This document shows, in pieces, positions 12,522 through 25,984 of a stretch of 64,000 bases of DNA. The position numbers were made by a program, and so were the translations under genes. Position 1 is the stretch's first letter. Every line of letters starts with the position of its first letter. The DNA is from Pseudogymnoascus verrucosus. Its lineage: Eukaryota. The notes beneath the pieces are model-generated. The model made no database searches. It was not told where the DNA came from and saw only the letters and a program-made list of their open reading frames with translations. Where the stretch lies: the NCBI GenBank assembly GCA_001662655.1, contig KV460223.1. One strand, given 5' to 3'.

Positions 12522-13160
12522 CTACTCTTCTCCGTCCTCATCGCTCGTCTCATCGATATTAGCCCTCTGCTCTTTGGCACCGGCGTCGGCACCCTTTACT
12601 CTGGCCTTCCTCGGGGCCGCATCACCTGACTCGATTGTCTCGCCCATTGCCGCGAGAGCGGCATTGATATCAGGGATCGCCTGGAGCAGCGCCTTGTACT
12701 GGTCGAGCGGCAGAGAGATACCCTACAAGAAGTTAGCACTTGAGATTTATAAAGGCATGCAGCTCGGGTCTACCTTCTTGCCCGGCAGGAAATCACCCGC
12801 GGGGTTCTGATAGAACTCCCGGATATTGATTAAACGGGTGCCCTTGAATTCGCTGATGCCGACCCTCCTGCTGTTTCTTCCCTGTGATAACTGTGGTCGG
12901 AGATTTGTCAGTCAGTCACCATCCATTCATTATCATCTCTCAGACGCTATTGGCAAGCAACTAACCTCCCAAAACTTCTCTCCGCTCTCGCTTGTCTGAG
13001 GAGCCTGTGCTGGTTTTGTGGCGCTGCTAGGCTTTGTGGTCTTGGTTCTCTTGCTTTTGGGTTGGGCGTCGTCGTCAGAGGCGACGAAGCCAGTGCCGTC
13101 ATCGTAGTCATCGATATCGCTGGGCGAATCCTGGGCGCGGCCGCGCTTGGTGACTGGCAT
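12522..13160 (-). CDS. SUB1: Transcriptional coactivator Sub1/PC4, 3 exons
   Basis: Introns 12965-12891 and 12773-12723. The spliced product has the PC4 core RRVGISEFKGTRLINIREFY...LPGKKGISL..DQY. Confidence 0.9.
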
Positions 13161-13862
13161 TGTGGAAGATGCGATGGTATCTTGTCTCAAAAGTTGTTTG
13201 GGCTGATTCCATTAATTTAATTCATTATCAGAAGGGTATGGGTCTCATTACCTGAGTCGAATGTGGATGCTTGTAAGTGTGAAGTTCAGATATCCATGAA
13301 ATAGGGTTCGGAAAAGTATCTGGAAGATATCGGGACCTTACTGAGGCTGTCCAGTGATGTAGAATGAACAGCGAATATGGAATCGGAAATATCAAATATC
13401 GAGACCTCGGTGTAGACAAGAAGGTTACACATCGGGCCAAGCTTTGGACGCGGTCAATCGCACACCCCGCGCAACAACGCGTACAGTGATTGATAGTCAC
13501 GTGCCAATGATGGCAGCCCAGTTTGGCTGATCCTCACCCGGCTGGATCCCCCTCAGAACGACTGAAACAATACGGGCTCTACCCTGGGCTGAGGATAAAC
13601 AAGGAACGAAGAATCACAGATTGAGATTGTTGCTTTCAACCCACTTATATCTCGGTATATATGTCTACGGCAGCTGCTTTCTAGGACCTTTTCCTTGTAA
13701 GATGACAGGATCTCCCTTCCTTGCCAGGTCCAGAATCCCAAATACCGTATACGCGGATACTACCGTATAGCTCTCCCATTGCGACAACGACGACTCGACA
13801 ACAGTTGCGCAATAACTGATGATCGCAACAATCTGCGACAAATCGCGAATCCCCATATCCCA

Positions 13863-16814
13863 ATGGCAATAATCGAAGATAATAAAGACCATCAAGGAAA
13901 TGGCTCCTCGCCCCTAGACGATGATTCGCCCAATGGAGGAGCTGACGCAACACCCACGCGCGCACCTGCCGCAACGCCAGATGCGACGACTCGACTTCTC
14001 CAGTACCTAGCCCATGCGTCCCCCGAACAGCTGTGTGCCATAGCAGTTGGCCTGGCTGGCTGTACATATCTCATCCTGGGGAGGGTCGGCCTCGTGCTTA
14101 TAGGCGCATTTGGAGGGATAATATTGCATGCGTCCTGGGAGAGGCATAGTGCTGTCGCCGATATCCATACGACACACCCAAAGCAGAACGGCCTGCATAT
14201 CCTACAAAAAGTCTTAGATTGGAGGGAAAAGAACCCTGCGAATCCTTACGAATTTGACGATAATGACGATACGGACGAGGCGGTTGTGCCAGGGGCGGCC
14301 AACTTTGACGACTTTCGCCCTGCCACGGCGGAGGCGCTGAGAGAACTGGTGGAAGCAACAATTCGAGATTATGTGAAGTACTGGTATCTTCCAGTTCTGC
14401 CGGAAGAAAAGACATTCCCGCGAACGAGTCAGCAAACTCTGGTGTCGTTCCTTCGCTCTATAGCAAATTCCCTGTCGAAGAAGCGCCCCGCAGACGCTTT
14501 TCTGGACTTCTTTACCAATTGCTCCTCGATAGTCATCGTCTTTCTCGGTGAACTGTCAACCGCCATTCTGGCTTCGCCTGATTTCGACATTTCTCCAGAA
14601 GATGCAGTGCAGGAATACCTCACCTCGAACCCTGATTCCCATCTCGCCCATATCATGGATGAGAAGCAGCAACAGAAAAAGTTCCAACTGATTGCCAACG
14701 ATTTGTTACAGAATTTCATTGAGAAGTCTGTGTACAGTTGCAACCCTGCTAGGGTCTTCCTAGAAAGAATATTAAGTGGAGTTGTAATGGAGATGAGTTT
14801 GAGGGCCTGTTCCAAGCCAGAGTGGATAAATGGCTGGATTGTATATCTGCTAGAAGAGGGCGAACCAGATATCATTCAGGCGATTGATGCTGGTATGGGG
14901 ATACCATCTCCGAAGGGGATTCAACCTATGATGGATCAGCCCGATACCAACTCCCAAAAGCGTGTCAGCAGAGCGGACGACGCGATGAAGTCTGCCACAG
15001 AGGAAGCGGAAAGGCTAAGCCAGCTAATTGCTGAGGATGAATCAAGGCAGTCTAAAGAGACTTCGAGATCTTCCCTATCCAGGGACACCCCAGACGTTGC
15101 CAGGGTATCCTCAAGTCACTCTTCAGATGGCGTACATGTTCCTCTAGGTCCGATTGAAGAAGCGTTTGTCCCGACTTCGGTCGAAGTTGATGCAGAACCG
15201 AAACAACCGTTCACAAGCTTCGACCAGATTGCGCCCCAACGAAGTATCGACCTGGATAATGAGACGCCCAAGCCTCTGACACTTGAAGGCGCCGGTATAA
15301 CTATCATGGACGACGCTTCCCCAGGCGATAACAGTCGCTTTCGCAACAAGCCCACAGGAGATTATCTGGTCCAGATCGAGCCGAATTCCTCGCGTTACTC
15401 CGGTTGGATGATTGTTCGCAAATATGCAGATTTCGAGACACTCCACGAAGTTCTAAAGCGCATTGCTCAGGTATCTGGAGTGATAGCCTTCACGCAAACG
15501 CATTCCACACTGCCGACTTGGAAGAACCAGGGCAAGGCTGACTTGCGGACTAATTTGGAGAATTATCTGCGCGATGCATGTCGTCATGCGGCTTTGGCGG
15601 AAAGCGTGGGAATGAAGCGTTTCCTTGAAAAAGAACAAAGCCAAAGTCAGGGGCAGTCAGGAAAGGGCTTTGGGTGGCCATCTCCCGCAGCTTTTGAGAC
15701 TATGGGCAAGGGCTTGGTTGATAATCTCATGAGTGCTTCCAAGGGAGCTGCCGAAGGCGGTAAAACAGTTTTCGGTGGTATGACGGGGGTGCTTGGGAAT
15801 ATAAACCCCGGGAGAGGAAGGTCTGCCAGCAAACTGAGTCTTAGTTCTCGTCCTGGCTTTCGGTCTTCCTCATCGCTTGCACCGGAACTTGACGATAGTA
15901 CCTCCATCAACGGCACTAAGCCATCAAGCGAAGAAGCTCGTAATGGGCCGGCCGCATCTCACAGCGAGACAGCAGTCATCGCAGAAACACCCGAGCATGA
16001 GCTGTCCAGTGCAAGTACACCAGTTGAAACCCCTAGTAACGGGGTTAGCGATGCATCCATGAAGTCGTCAATGGAATCTTTAGGGACAGAACAAGAGCCT
16101 CAGAGCCCACTGCTAGATCTCGATAACATCGTTCTACCGCCGCCGCCTAGCGACATGCCCGACGACTACGGAATTATACGATCCTCATCATCGCCTGCTT
16201 TGTCGAAGAATGAAATTATGACACCAGTCACATCTACGAATGATACCTCGCCAGTCCAATCCATAAGATCCCCGTCGATATCTGAGGCCAAGGTACCTAA
16301 CAAGCGAAAAGACCCAACGCCCTTCACAGAAGAGGAGACCAGGGTAGCTCTGGAGTTAACATTCGCCATGATCAATGAACTATATACGCTATCATCTGTC
16401 TGGAATATACGCCGAACACTCCTCACGGCGGCCAAGACATTCCTCCTCCGACCTGGAAATCCTTCGCTGGCATCCATCCAGGCTCTCGTCCAAGAATCTG
16501 TCATCACTTCGAATACATCCGACGCTGGGATCGCCAGCCATCTCCGGAAGATCCGTGAGAACACGATGCCAACCGAAGAAGAGCTTAAAGCATGGCCAGA
16601 GGAACTCAGCGCCGAGGAAAAAACAAAGTTAAGGGTTCGGGCTAGGAAACTACTTATTGAGAGGGGTATCCCACCTGCATTGGCCGGCGTCATGGGCCAG
16701 GCTGCTACGGGCGAGGCTGTTGGCAGAGTATTTGACTGCTTGCAGGACGAGAAGGTTGCTAGAGGGTTGATGTTTGGGCTCCTGTTGCAAGGGGCTCGGG
16801 CGATCACACACTGA
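13863..16814 (+). CDS. PXA-PX domain sorting-nexin-like membrane protein
   Basis: Long ORF with N-terminal TM helices, a PXA signature (LVEATIRDYVKYWY), a PX signature (WMIVRKYADFETLHEVL) and a nexin-like C-terminal helical region. First ATG is at 13863. Confidence 0.85.
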   Translation: MAIIEDNKDHQGNGSSPLDDDSPNGGADATPTRAPAATPDATTRLLQYLAHASPEQLCAIAVGLAGCTYLILGRVGLVLIGAFGGIILHASWERHSAVADIHTTHPKQNGLHILQKVLDWREKNPANPYEFDDNDDTDEAVVPGAANFDDFRPATAEALRELVEATIRDYVKYWYLPVLPEEKTFPRTSQQTLVSFLRSIANSLSKKRPADAFLDFFTNCSSIVIVFLGELSTAILASPDFDISPEDAVQEYLTSNPDSHLAHIMDEKQQQKKFQLIANDLLQNFIEKSVYSCNPARVFLERILSGVVMEMSLRACSKPEWINGWIVYLLEEGEPDIIQAIDAGMGIPSPKGIQPMMDQPDTNSQKRVSRADDAMKSATEEAERLSQLIAEDESRQSKETSRSSLSRDTPDVARVSSSHSSDGVHVPLGPIEEAFVPTSVEVDAEPKQPFTSFDQIAPQRSIDLDNETPKPLTLEGAGITIMDDASPGDNSRFRNKPTGDYLVQIEPNSSRYSGWMIVRKYADFETLHEVLKRIAQVSGVIAFTQTHSTLPTWKNQGKADLRTNLENYLRDACRHAALAESVGMKRFLEKEQSQSQGQSGKGFGWPSPAAFETMGKGLVDNLMSASKGAAEGGKTVFGGMTGVLGNINPGRGRSASKLSLSSRPGFRSSSSLAPELDDSTSINGTKPSSEEARNGPAASHSETAVIAETPEHELSSASTPVETPSNGVSDASMKSSMESLGTEQEPQSPLLDLDNIVLPPPPSDMPDDYGIIRSSSSPALSKNEIMTPVTSTNDTSPVQSIRSPSISEAKVPNKRKDPTPFTEEETRVALELTFAMINELYTLSSVWNIRRTLLTAAKTFLLRPGNPSLASIQALVQESVITSNTSDAGIASHLRKIRENTMPTEEELKAWPEELSAEEKTKLRVRARKLLIERGIPPALAGVMGQAATGEAVGRVFDCLQDEKVARGLMFGLLLQGARAITH

Positions 16815-16924
16815 TATATATCACTCTTGTACGATAGAGTTTCTTGGACATGTTCCACACGACGATTGAAGTTGTACTGTGCATAGTTTAGCTTCAGACT
16901 ATATGCATTTTAAAGTAATTGATG

Positions 16925-16964
16925 TATATCTCGGAATATCTTGGTATATTTCGGTATATCTCAG
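16925..16964. repeat. Imperfect 10-bp tandem repeat x4 (TATATCTCGG-like)
   Basis: tatatctcgg aatatcttgg tatatttcgg tatatctcag. Confidence 0.7.
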
Positions 16965-17413
16965 TTATGTTGGATTATTCGAGGGTGGTTATCAAGTTAT
17001 ACGCGAGTGGACACTGTTCGCGTCGCGTGGACTATTGATTACATAATATGGGAAAGCTGTGCCTGTCGTATGTCGTACCTGGGGCTCAAACGGGGACCTA
17101 TCCGTCCCCTTATTGCCTAATTAGTCCATCCCTCTTCGGCTGACTTATCTTCTTAATCTACATATCTCCACGGCTCGACTGTGTGGCTTCACAAATCCCA
17201 ACCCACCATCCCCTCCTCCTCCCAATCGTCCTCGTGCGCCAACGTATACGAGGATATATTTTTTACATATCGCATCATCTCTTGTACAGTGCAATTGGAA
17301 GAGGATGTACTCCGCTTAAACGATGGTTGCGACTCCCACGCGCTCGCCGCCCACATACCGATCGCGACTGGAACACCCCTCAGTATAAAACTGTTCTTGT
17401 AACGCGCGCGCGC

Positions 17414-17444
17414 TGACGAGACCGTTGACGAGACCGTTGACGAG
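17414..17444. repeat. 12-bp tandem repeat x2.5 (TGACGAGACCGT) upstream of the MIT gene
   Basis: tgacgagaccgt tgacgagaccgt tgacgag. Confidence 0.8.
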
Positions 17445-17563
17445 GCGCCCATATACGCGTGCGCCTTCCCGACTTCGACATTAAAGTTGAAACAATTCAT
17501 GCGTGCGCCTTTCCGATACCATACCCCTGGTTTTAGCCTCCACTCTTGAGACTCGAAACCACA

Positions 17564-20500
17564 ATGCAGGCGGCCGCCACGGACGACCGATCCTACCGAA
17601 TCCAACGCCAGGCGAATATGCCATATTCCACAGATGCTCCTGCTCTTCAGTCAGAAGCCGTCCGCCAAGGACGATCGAATTCACGCCCACCAGTGAGCGC
17701 AAACGGGAAGAATATTGCGAACTTTTCGGAGCTAGCTCCAACATCGCCGGAAGCGCGGAGACGCCAGATAGCTACGCATAGGCGATCAGACAGTCTTGGG
17801 AGTGTCAGGGACGGAGTTGGAAACTTGAATCGCTGGTCGCAGTCTACAACATCTAGCAAAGGTTCGACAGCGCATGTGAGGTCAAACAGCTCCTCGCGCG
17901 CGCTGGGGTCGGCCTCCGGAACCAGCAAAATCGATAATTTCTCCAAAGGAAGCAGATACGGGGCGCCAAAGTCGGAAAACTCTCCGCAGCGGCTTCCGTC
18001 GCGAGGACGAGACGGCTCAAATCTATCGTCGACCCTACCTCCAATAATAACTCTCCCCACATATCGCCGCGGTAGCGACGGTCGCGATCAGTCCCCACAA
18101 ACGGGAACAACTATCTCGCCATCAACTGCAGGATTATTGTCCGCCGCGGTGCGGTCTGCGGCACCTGATTATTTTGGCGATTCGTGGGAGGATCCAAATA
18201 CCCGTGGATCAGGCAGAAACCACTCGATGAATCGGTCTCCTATAATTCCTTCGCCTTCGCTCCCACCTGGGCATACCAAATCTAGCGGGAGCCCTGTTCA
18301 AAAGCAGCGGCAGGGAAGGGACCGTAGCCGCAGTAGGGGACATTCGCGAAACCGATCGCACGCCACGAAAGGGAGCTCAGGGACCCTATCCTCGGAGAAA
18401 AACAAAGATCGCTCGTCGAGGCAGCCATCGCAAAAAGCCATGCTTTCAAAGGCGCTCCAGAAAGCCAATACGGCGGTGGTGCTTGATAATGCAATGAATT
18501 TTGAAGGTGCCATGCAGGCATATTCAGAGGCATGCGATTTACTACAGCAGGTGATGATGAGGAGCTCGGGCGATGAAGATAGGAGGAAGCTAGAGGCTAT
18601 TGTACGTTGGATTCCCGCTCGATCGAATATTACTAACCAAGTATAGCGAAATACCTACACCAGTCGGATAACAGAGCTGGTGAAGCTTGCTCCCTACAAT
18701 GACGATGACAAAGCTTTACCTGCCAGACCCGAAAGTATCGAATACACAGACGATCAATCCCCCCCTGTAGATGACGACGAAGCAACGGTAATTGGAATGG
18801 CAACTATGACGAGAATAGTTAACCAAGACACCTTTGCACTTGAGTCTTTCCCTGCTGAGCAGCAGCCCATCCAACACCCCCGACGAAGAGATTCACTTGT
18901 CCCGCAGACCTTTGATGTAAGTTTCTAAAATAAGCCTCCAGGTCAAAATACTAATCGTTACCAGAGATCTGCCCCTGTAAGGTCTCCCATCGGCCAAAAC
19001 CTCCTCGGCGCACAAACAGCTCTCGCTTCCCCGATGGAGCGCCAATCAATGATGGTCCCACCACTCTCCCCAAGACCCCCAACCTCTCCAATGGATCTGT
19101 TACCAACGGACGAAGACCACTCAAAGCCCTACCGTCCATCGTCTGAATCGAATGAAAACAGTCATACGAGAGAAATAAGCACCGATTCCATTTCCTGGCT
19201 GGATACTATTGATGAATCTGGTGGCTCCGGGGCTTCGTCCGTACATTCAAGGACGTCGTCACTGGGCATGAGAAGGAAGCATATACGAGCTGCTAGCGGA
19301 GCAACCGAGGCAGAATTCGATGCTGCCTTAGATGCTGCAGTGGAAGCAGCATATGATGACGGTTTTGAGCCTGTGGAAAACCTCCCTCCCATGAGAAGCA
19401 CTGCTGAGTATGATAATGGAGTTGCAAGTATGCGAATGAGGGTTGAGATGGCGAGAGAAAGGGTCAGGCAGACAGAAAGGGAGACTGCTGTTCACATGGC
19501 CCGAGATCGAGAGAGGGAGCGCCTGGCACGCGACCAGACCGGCCAAGAGGACTACTACGACGGCGAATCAGAGGAGGAAGAGCGTATGCTTGAGGAGATG
19601 ACCAGGGGCTACGTTATGGATGAGTTCGAGTTCGGCCTCCAGTCCAAGTCGGCATTGCCTCGAGAATCTGACTCGAGTGGGTTTTCTGGACGCACCTGGC
19701 ACAGTTCCCTAGGGTCAAATCCTACCACTGGTGGAACTACTATGTCCACCATTGCTGAGACTGCCCCTATCCCAAAATTGCCCACTTTTCAATCCAAAAC
19801 ACCACCACCAGTCTACCCTCCCCCTGGCCAGGCTCTCCCGCTCCCTCCTACCTCTAGTGCTCCGCAATTCTCACGCCCATTGCAAATGCAGGCGCCCGAA
19901 CCCACAAGTAATTCACATACTGTGAGGAGCAGACGCCTGTCGGGAACAAATCCTAAGCAGTTGAAGATTGAGACCGCCACAAGAACCACACCAAAATCAT
20001 CTTTCTCTCAGGCTCCTACCGCACCACCTCCGGAGGTCCCCTCGGAGCCAGCAGGAGGGTTTTCGCTGCCGAAAATGGAAATGCCACCACCCCCGATACC
20101 GCAATCCGCGAGCAACCCCGGATTTCGGGCCCGCCAAAACTCATCTCCCTTCCCAGCAGACGTTGCTGCTCCGCCGACACCTACGCTTACGCAAAGCTTT
20201 AATTTGGACGATAATGCCGGCTCTCTTCCTCGTTCTGGTTCTCCTGGACGAGCGCAGTCCAGATCAGGAATCCGGAAGAACTTCTCTTCGTCCAGTCTCA
20301 AGAACCTGAAGAGTCGTAATCTTTCGGTATCCCACGTCGACGATGGCCCGGAGGTGTCACCGAATACGCCAATGACGGCCCAGTTTGGTACCATTTCAGC
20401 CACAAGGGGAGATCCAAACAGACTACCGGCGATGCCAGCACTGCCAACGCCCATTGCAGTGACATTCCGAGACAAGATGAATGGTGCTCCGAATGGTGCT

Positions 20501-21501
20501 CCCACCGGCGGCTTATACCTATTCGATAGTGATATGCACTCCCCAGAAAGCCCAGGTTCGCCAAGGGATGGACACATGGGTGGGCCGATACCTTTGGAGC
20601 CATGTCCGACTGAGCATCTCCTACGGCCTTTCTGGCTAATGCGCGCTTTCTACCAAACCTTGGCTCATACTCGTGGAGGATATCTCTCTACCAAACTATT
20701 TGTCCCAAGGGATGTCTGGCGTGTCAAGGGAGTTAAAATCAAGGGGCTTGAGGAAAAGATATCGTGCTGTGATCTTTTAACAGCAGCTTTGCAGAAGCTC
20801 GCCCAGGTTGATACCTTTGATGCGGATGCGGTGCTCGATGAGATGCAAGCTTTCGAGGACGTCCTTGAGCAAGCTCGGGCCATTCTAGTACGAAAGCTTG
20901 GTAATGATGTCGGTGTACAGGGCTCGGGCATGCTATTTAAGGATGCCTCGTCGACCTCAACCGAGGCAGAGACAACCACCACCACCTCCAAAACATCGTC
21001 TGGGATTGGGAAGCAATCTTCGTTCTCGTGGCGCCGATTGCGGTCAAAGAGTTCCGGGGTGGCGCTGAATAATTACGCCGGACGAACCGTAGTCACAGAG
21101 ACTCCAAAGGAAGGACATACGATAAGCACGCTTCCCATGACGACCTCGGGCAATACCCGATTCGCGAAGAGGGATATATCCCAAGTTCAGTTTACAGGCC
21201 CGAATGCCCACTATATGAGCGCATTAGCAAAGCTATTCGATGCAGCTCAAGTCCTCGGTATGTTTTATAATCACAAAGTTATATCTCTCATGACACCTAC
21301 TAACTATATTTAGACCAAATCGCTCGTCAGGTCGAGGATCCTGGCCTTAAACATGCGGATAAAACACAAGTCGGTTTAGAACTAAGCACTCGCCACGCTG
21401 CGGAGTTCTTCGGGTTCTACATCTGCCGATTCGTCCTGACAGACATCGGCATGCTCCTGGATAAATTCCTCAAGAGAGGCAGTGAATGGGTCCTCATTTG
21501 A
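17564..21501 (+). CDS. MIT-domain-containing protein, 4 exons
   Basis: Introns 18602-18646, 18917-18964 and 21258-21313 join the ORFs in frame. MIT helices KAMLSKALQKANTAVVLDNAMNFEGAMQAYSEACDLL...RITEL; conserved C-terminus LRPFWLMR...GGYLSTKLFVPRDVW...DKFLKRGSEWV. Confidence 0.85.
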
Positions 21502-22109
21502 TCTCCACGACGGAATGAAATGACCCAAGCTCTCAGCTTGGATGGTAGATGGACGTGTTACGATATATTGGAAGCCTAGCCATGTCTCCCTCATTGACAT
21601 CGGGGCTTCCATAGCTGATTTTGCAGCATATCATGAAATATGAGCGAATGATCTTTCTTTGTATACTAGATACCTCTGGTCTGTTGACCAATGCACGTTG
21701 CGCCACTGCGCTTTCGGGGAGTTGGAAATAGGCCGCGGACGACCACAATGTTTGATTGGATTTGTGGCATTTATGGGACTGTTTTTTTTGGCTAGAATTC
21801 TCGCATATACAGCATCTTGCACCACTGCAATCGTTATAGGATTCTCAGGACCTCTCATATATACGTGTGTTGAAATTCAATTGCTACTGTTGATAATAAA
21901 ACAAGTACAACAGAACTATACGTGACAAACATAGCCAACCCCATCTCCCATATGCAGAATACACCTCCTTCTGTACCTTACTCCAGTTTGCAAAGACAAA
22001 ATACTTCAAAACACGTAAAAATCGCGAAACGTTCCATCTAACTTTCCCATTCTCAAACCAAACTGCTCGCAAAGACGTTATTTCATGTAAGCCTTGGGTA
22101 TTGACAATA

Positions 22110-24356
22110 TCAAAGAAGTTCCCCCTCACCCTCCTCCTCGCCTCCCCCCTCACTATCCCAATCAATATCCCCACCCGCCGCCTCCGCCGCCCTCTGCACC
22201 TCCGCCAACCCGCTCAACTCGGTAATGTAGTCCCGCTCCGCCAATGCCTTCTTAACAAAGTCCCACCCGTCCTTCTCATACGCGTCCACGACTTTGGCGG
22301 AGCATGCTGAGCAGCAGTCGTAGGATTGCCCGCTGATAAGCATGTTCTGCCAGCTCGCGAGGAAGCCGCGGATCTGGTGGGGTACGATGCCCAGAGGGTG
22401 TTCGGGGGGGTCGCGCTCGTATGTAACTGGGCCTGATCCGGAGGGCTGCACAGGCTTAGGGGCGGGGGCAAGGCCGCCGAGGGGATGTTGTAGGATGGAT
22501 GCTAGAAGCTCAACGAGCTGTGCTGATGCGATGGCTGCTATTCCGGGGCGTGTGACTGTGCATTGCTGGTCGAGAGTTTGGTCCTTTACTGAATCTGCTG
22601 GGGCCACGACATCATTGCAGAAATAGCAGCCAAGGGCTGCTTGGGCTCCGTCGGGAGGCGTCATCCCATGCCTCATGACGACGTATGTGTCGAAGCCAAG
22701 AGCGGCATTCATTACGATCTTTCCAGTTGCCTTGCCCATCAGAGTTGGCAGCCATCGGCTCTCGCGAGTGTCCATAAGTAAAAATATGGCATCGTGCTCG
22801 TCGATAAGTTTCTTCAAGGTCTCGAAATCGCGCTTTGCCTTGGCCTCGTCCGTAACGGGGTGTCCGAGCATGGGGACCGAGATGACATGTCCAGTGCTGT
22901 CTACTCCAGGGTATATGTCCTGCAGGGCCTTCGCGGCTAGTTCTGCCTTCTTCCCTCCTCCTCCAAGGCAGTCTTGGTAGGTGAATAGAGGTTGGCGGAC
23001 GGGATTTGAGAATGAGACGGTTCCATTGTCGACGAAGGTGATTTTACGCACACCCCAGCCCAGCAAGTTCCGTGATACGTAGCTGCCGAGTGTGCCAGCT
23101 CCAATGAGGAGACACTTCGTTTGGCTGATTTTTGTGAGGTTTAGGTTCGGCGCGATGCGCCATTTCATGAGCTTTAGGTTAAGGTCGACTGACTGATCCG
23201 CAAGCAGTCGCGGGTCCATGTACTGGGATAGGTCTGTCAGCCTGGATGATAGCTTCCCGTGGCTGTTTCGCTCCCATCCTGTTACTTTGGGCATTTTAGC
23301 TACCGCTGGCGGGGTAGTTTCGTCTTTCCCGACAGAAGATGTCGAACTGAGGTTGAGGATGATGCTTCGTGCTTCGTGCCGCTTGGATTGGACGTCCCTG
23401 AAACACATGATGCGGACGTTGTCTAGCTTGTAACGCTGCCTAACCAAGACCAAAAGGTTTCGTAACATCCACCCGGGGTTCTGTGGATATGTGGACGGAT
23501 CTGCGAACGCAATAAATTGATCTTTAGCATCCACATCCCGAAAGAATCCCGTCTCGAATGCATGGAGGGAGCCGATTTTCCAGTTATAGCCTATATCGTC
23601 ATCGATGGAGGTGCGCTCGTCCGGTTTGGTTTCCCCCTCCTCGTCTGCTTGCGGTTTATCAGAGTTGTACACCTTCTTAGCCAAAAAGAAGCCGTGCTCT
23701 CTTGGGTCAACGCTGTATCTCCATGTGCCGACCTCGTCGACAAGGGCTGTCGTCTCGCGCCCGTCAAGTCGGTCTATTGGTGCAGACTGTGTCCAGACGG
23801 GGTCTGAGTGGAGAGCTGGGAATCCTGACCAGGTCGTGAACCGGTATTTCTTTAGGTCCGCAAACGACAGTATAGTGAAGGATGAGAGTAGGGATGGGAG
23901 GGAGTAAATGGTTCCATCTTGTATCGCATCCCAGATCTAATCGTGTTAACGTCCTGCCTTGTAAGTTCAGGGGGCCGCAAAATAGTAGCATACCTGCTTT
24001 CCCGCAGTGTTGATGATCGCATTCTTGTCAGCGTTCTTGAATTCCTCAATGGTATTGACATTCCTAATGATGCCTTCGGCGCGAACCAAGCCGGCAGGAA
24101 CCCTTTGGAAAGCGGTTAATTAATGATATCGTCACAAAGTCCCGCAGTTCTTAACTTACGATGAGCTGCTCAGCGCATTTCCCAGTATCTGCATCTGGCA
24201 GTTTGTCCGAGAGGTGAGATTAATAGGTGCTCCGTACAGACCCAGAAGCTGGCGAGCCGACACATCAAGACGGTCATGGTCGATCTTGAGGTTTGCGAGA
24301 GCTGAGTAAAAGGGGAGTTCGATCTCAGACTGGAACGGGGCGTATTGAAGCGCCAT
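22110..24356 (-). CDS. ATG7: Autophagy E1-like enzyme Atg7, 3 exons
   Basis: Introns 24159-24103 and 23993-23937. Motifs [39 protein letters not shown] and the catalytic [12 protein letters not shown]. Confidence 0.97.
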
Positions 24357-24825
24357 GGTGCTGATCAGACTTGTCGCCCCAGCCTTAAAGGCTTTGATAT
24401 CTGAAAGAAGTATGAAAAAGGAGTAAAGTAGGATGGTTCTGAAAGAATATTATGAGATGTTGGAGTCGAAGACAGGCTGCAGGTAGAGCTGTCGATAAGA
24501 TATAACCGTAGTGCGGGGAGGCAGCTTATCGCCGGAGTCGTCGAGTAATCAGGCGGAGAGGCCGGAACCGTGCTTAGGAGGTACCTGCTGATCATCCAAT
24601 AGGCAGGGTACATGCACGAATGTACCCACCTCCACAGGCACAAGCACGCCAAGCCTCAGCCTTGTCTCTCGTTTACGGATATTCTTTTGTCCGACAACAA
24701 AGCTCCAAGCCTCCTGTGCGTTGAAGCAAAGGTTATAATATCAGATTACCTTAAACATTCCTTTGAAGTTCTAAGCTGTTATTCTGCCACAGTCGATTTC
24801 TTGTGTTTGTTTTCAAAGCGACGGA

Positions 24826-25876
24826 ATGTTTGTTGGTCTCTGTGGTGGCATTTGTTCGGGGAAGAGGACCGTTGCTCAATATCTGATTGAGCACCATGGA
24901 TTCACGCGTTTGCGCCTGCAACACTCAGCAAACGAGCCTTTGACGGACGACAAACACACCTTTCGTACCATCGATGATCTGGTTAACTTTGTGACTACGC
25001 AATGGCAGCGCCGTTGGGTGACAACCGACGTTTACTGCGAGGCCGTTCTTGATATTCTTGTCCGCCGACCATTTTTCATTCTCATCAGCGTTGATGCACC
25101 TGTGAATGTTCGCTGGAAGCGCTTTCAGAGGCGGTTGACCTCTCCTACTTCATCTCCTCAATTGGATGAGGATCTCTCTCTCGAAGACTTTGTTTTGAGG
25201 TCAGATGATCACCTGTTCAACCCAAATGGTGGCTTGCTGCCACTCATTTCACGGGCGACAATCCGCCTTCTTAACACATCGTCAGACCTCGCACACCTTT
25301 ATGCCACTCTAGGGAAACTAGACTTGACAAATGAAGACCGCCTGAGGCCTAGCTGGGACCAATACTTTATGCAGCTTGCATCCCTCGCGGCCCAGAGGAG
25401 TAACTGCATGAAACGCAGGGTCGGATGTGTCTTGGTGCGGGAGAAGCGCGTCATTAGCACTGGCTATAACGGCACACCTCGAGGACTCAAGAACTGTGGT
25501 GAGGGTGGATGTCCTAGGTGCAATGATGCACAGGGATCCGGTGTCGGCTTGTCGACGTGTTTGTGCATCCACGCCGAGGAGAATGCGTTGTTGGAGGCAG
25601 GGAGGGAGAGGATCCGCGAGGGCGCTATATTGTACTGTGATACATGTCCTTGCTTGACGTGCAGCATCAAAATAGCCCAGGTTGGCATTAGCGAGGTTGT
25701 CTATAGTCAGGGGTATAGCATGGATGGCGAGACAGCGGCCGTCTTCAGGGAGGCTGGAGTACAGCTACGACAGTTTTCACCCGTGAGTCACCAGTCTCCA
25801 TTTATTAACTTCAAACTAACTGAAAATTCAGCCGCCGAATGGTCTAGTCCATCTTGAGAAGCAAGCGATTGCATGA
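24826..25876 (+). CDS. DCD1: dCMP deaminase with N-terminal P-loop-like domain, 2 exons
   Basis: RPSWDQYFMQLA..RSNCMKRRVG, HAEENAL and PCLTC zinc motifs. Intron 25783-25831; stop at 25874-25876. Confidence 0.95.
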
Positions 25877-25984
25877 TGCGCGGGGCAGACAAGAACACTT
25901 AGCTAGTTTACTTTGTGCATTATGGTGAAAGTCATGGCGCAGGAGTTACAGAAATGGATAATATTGATTTTCAATTCGATACTT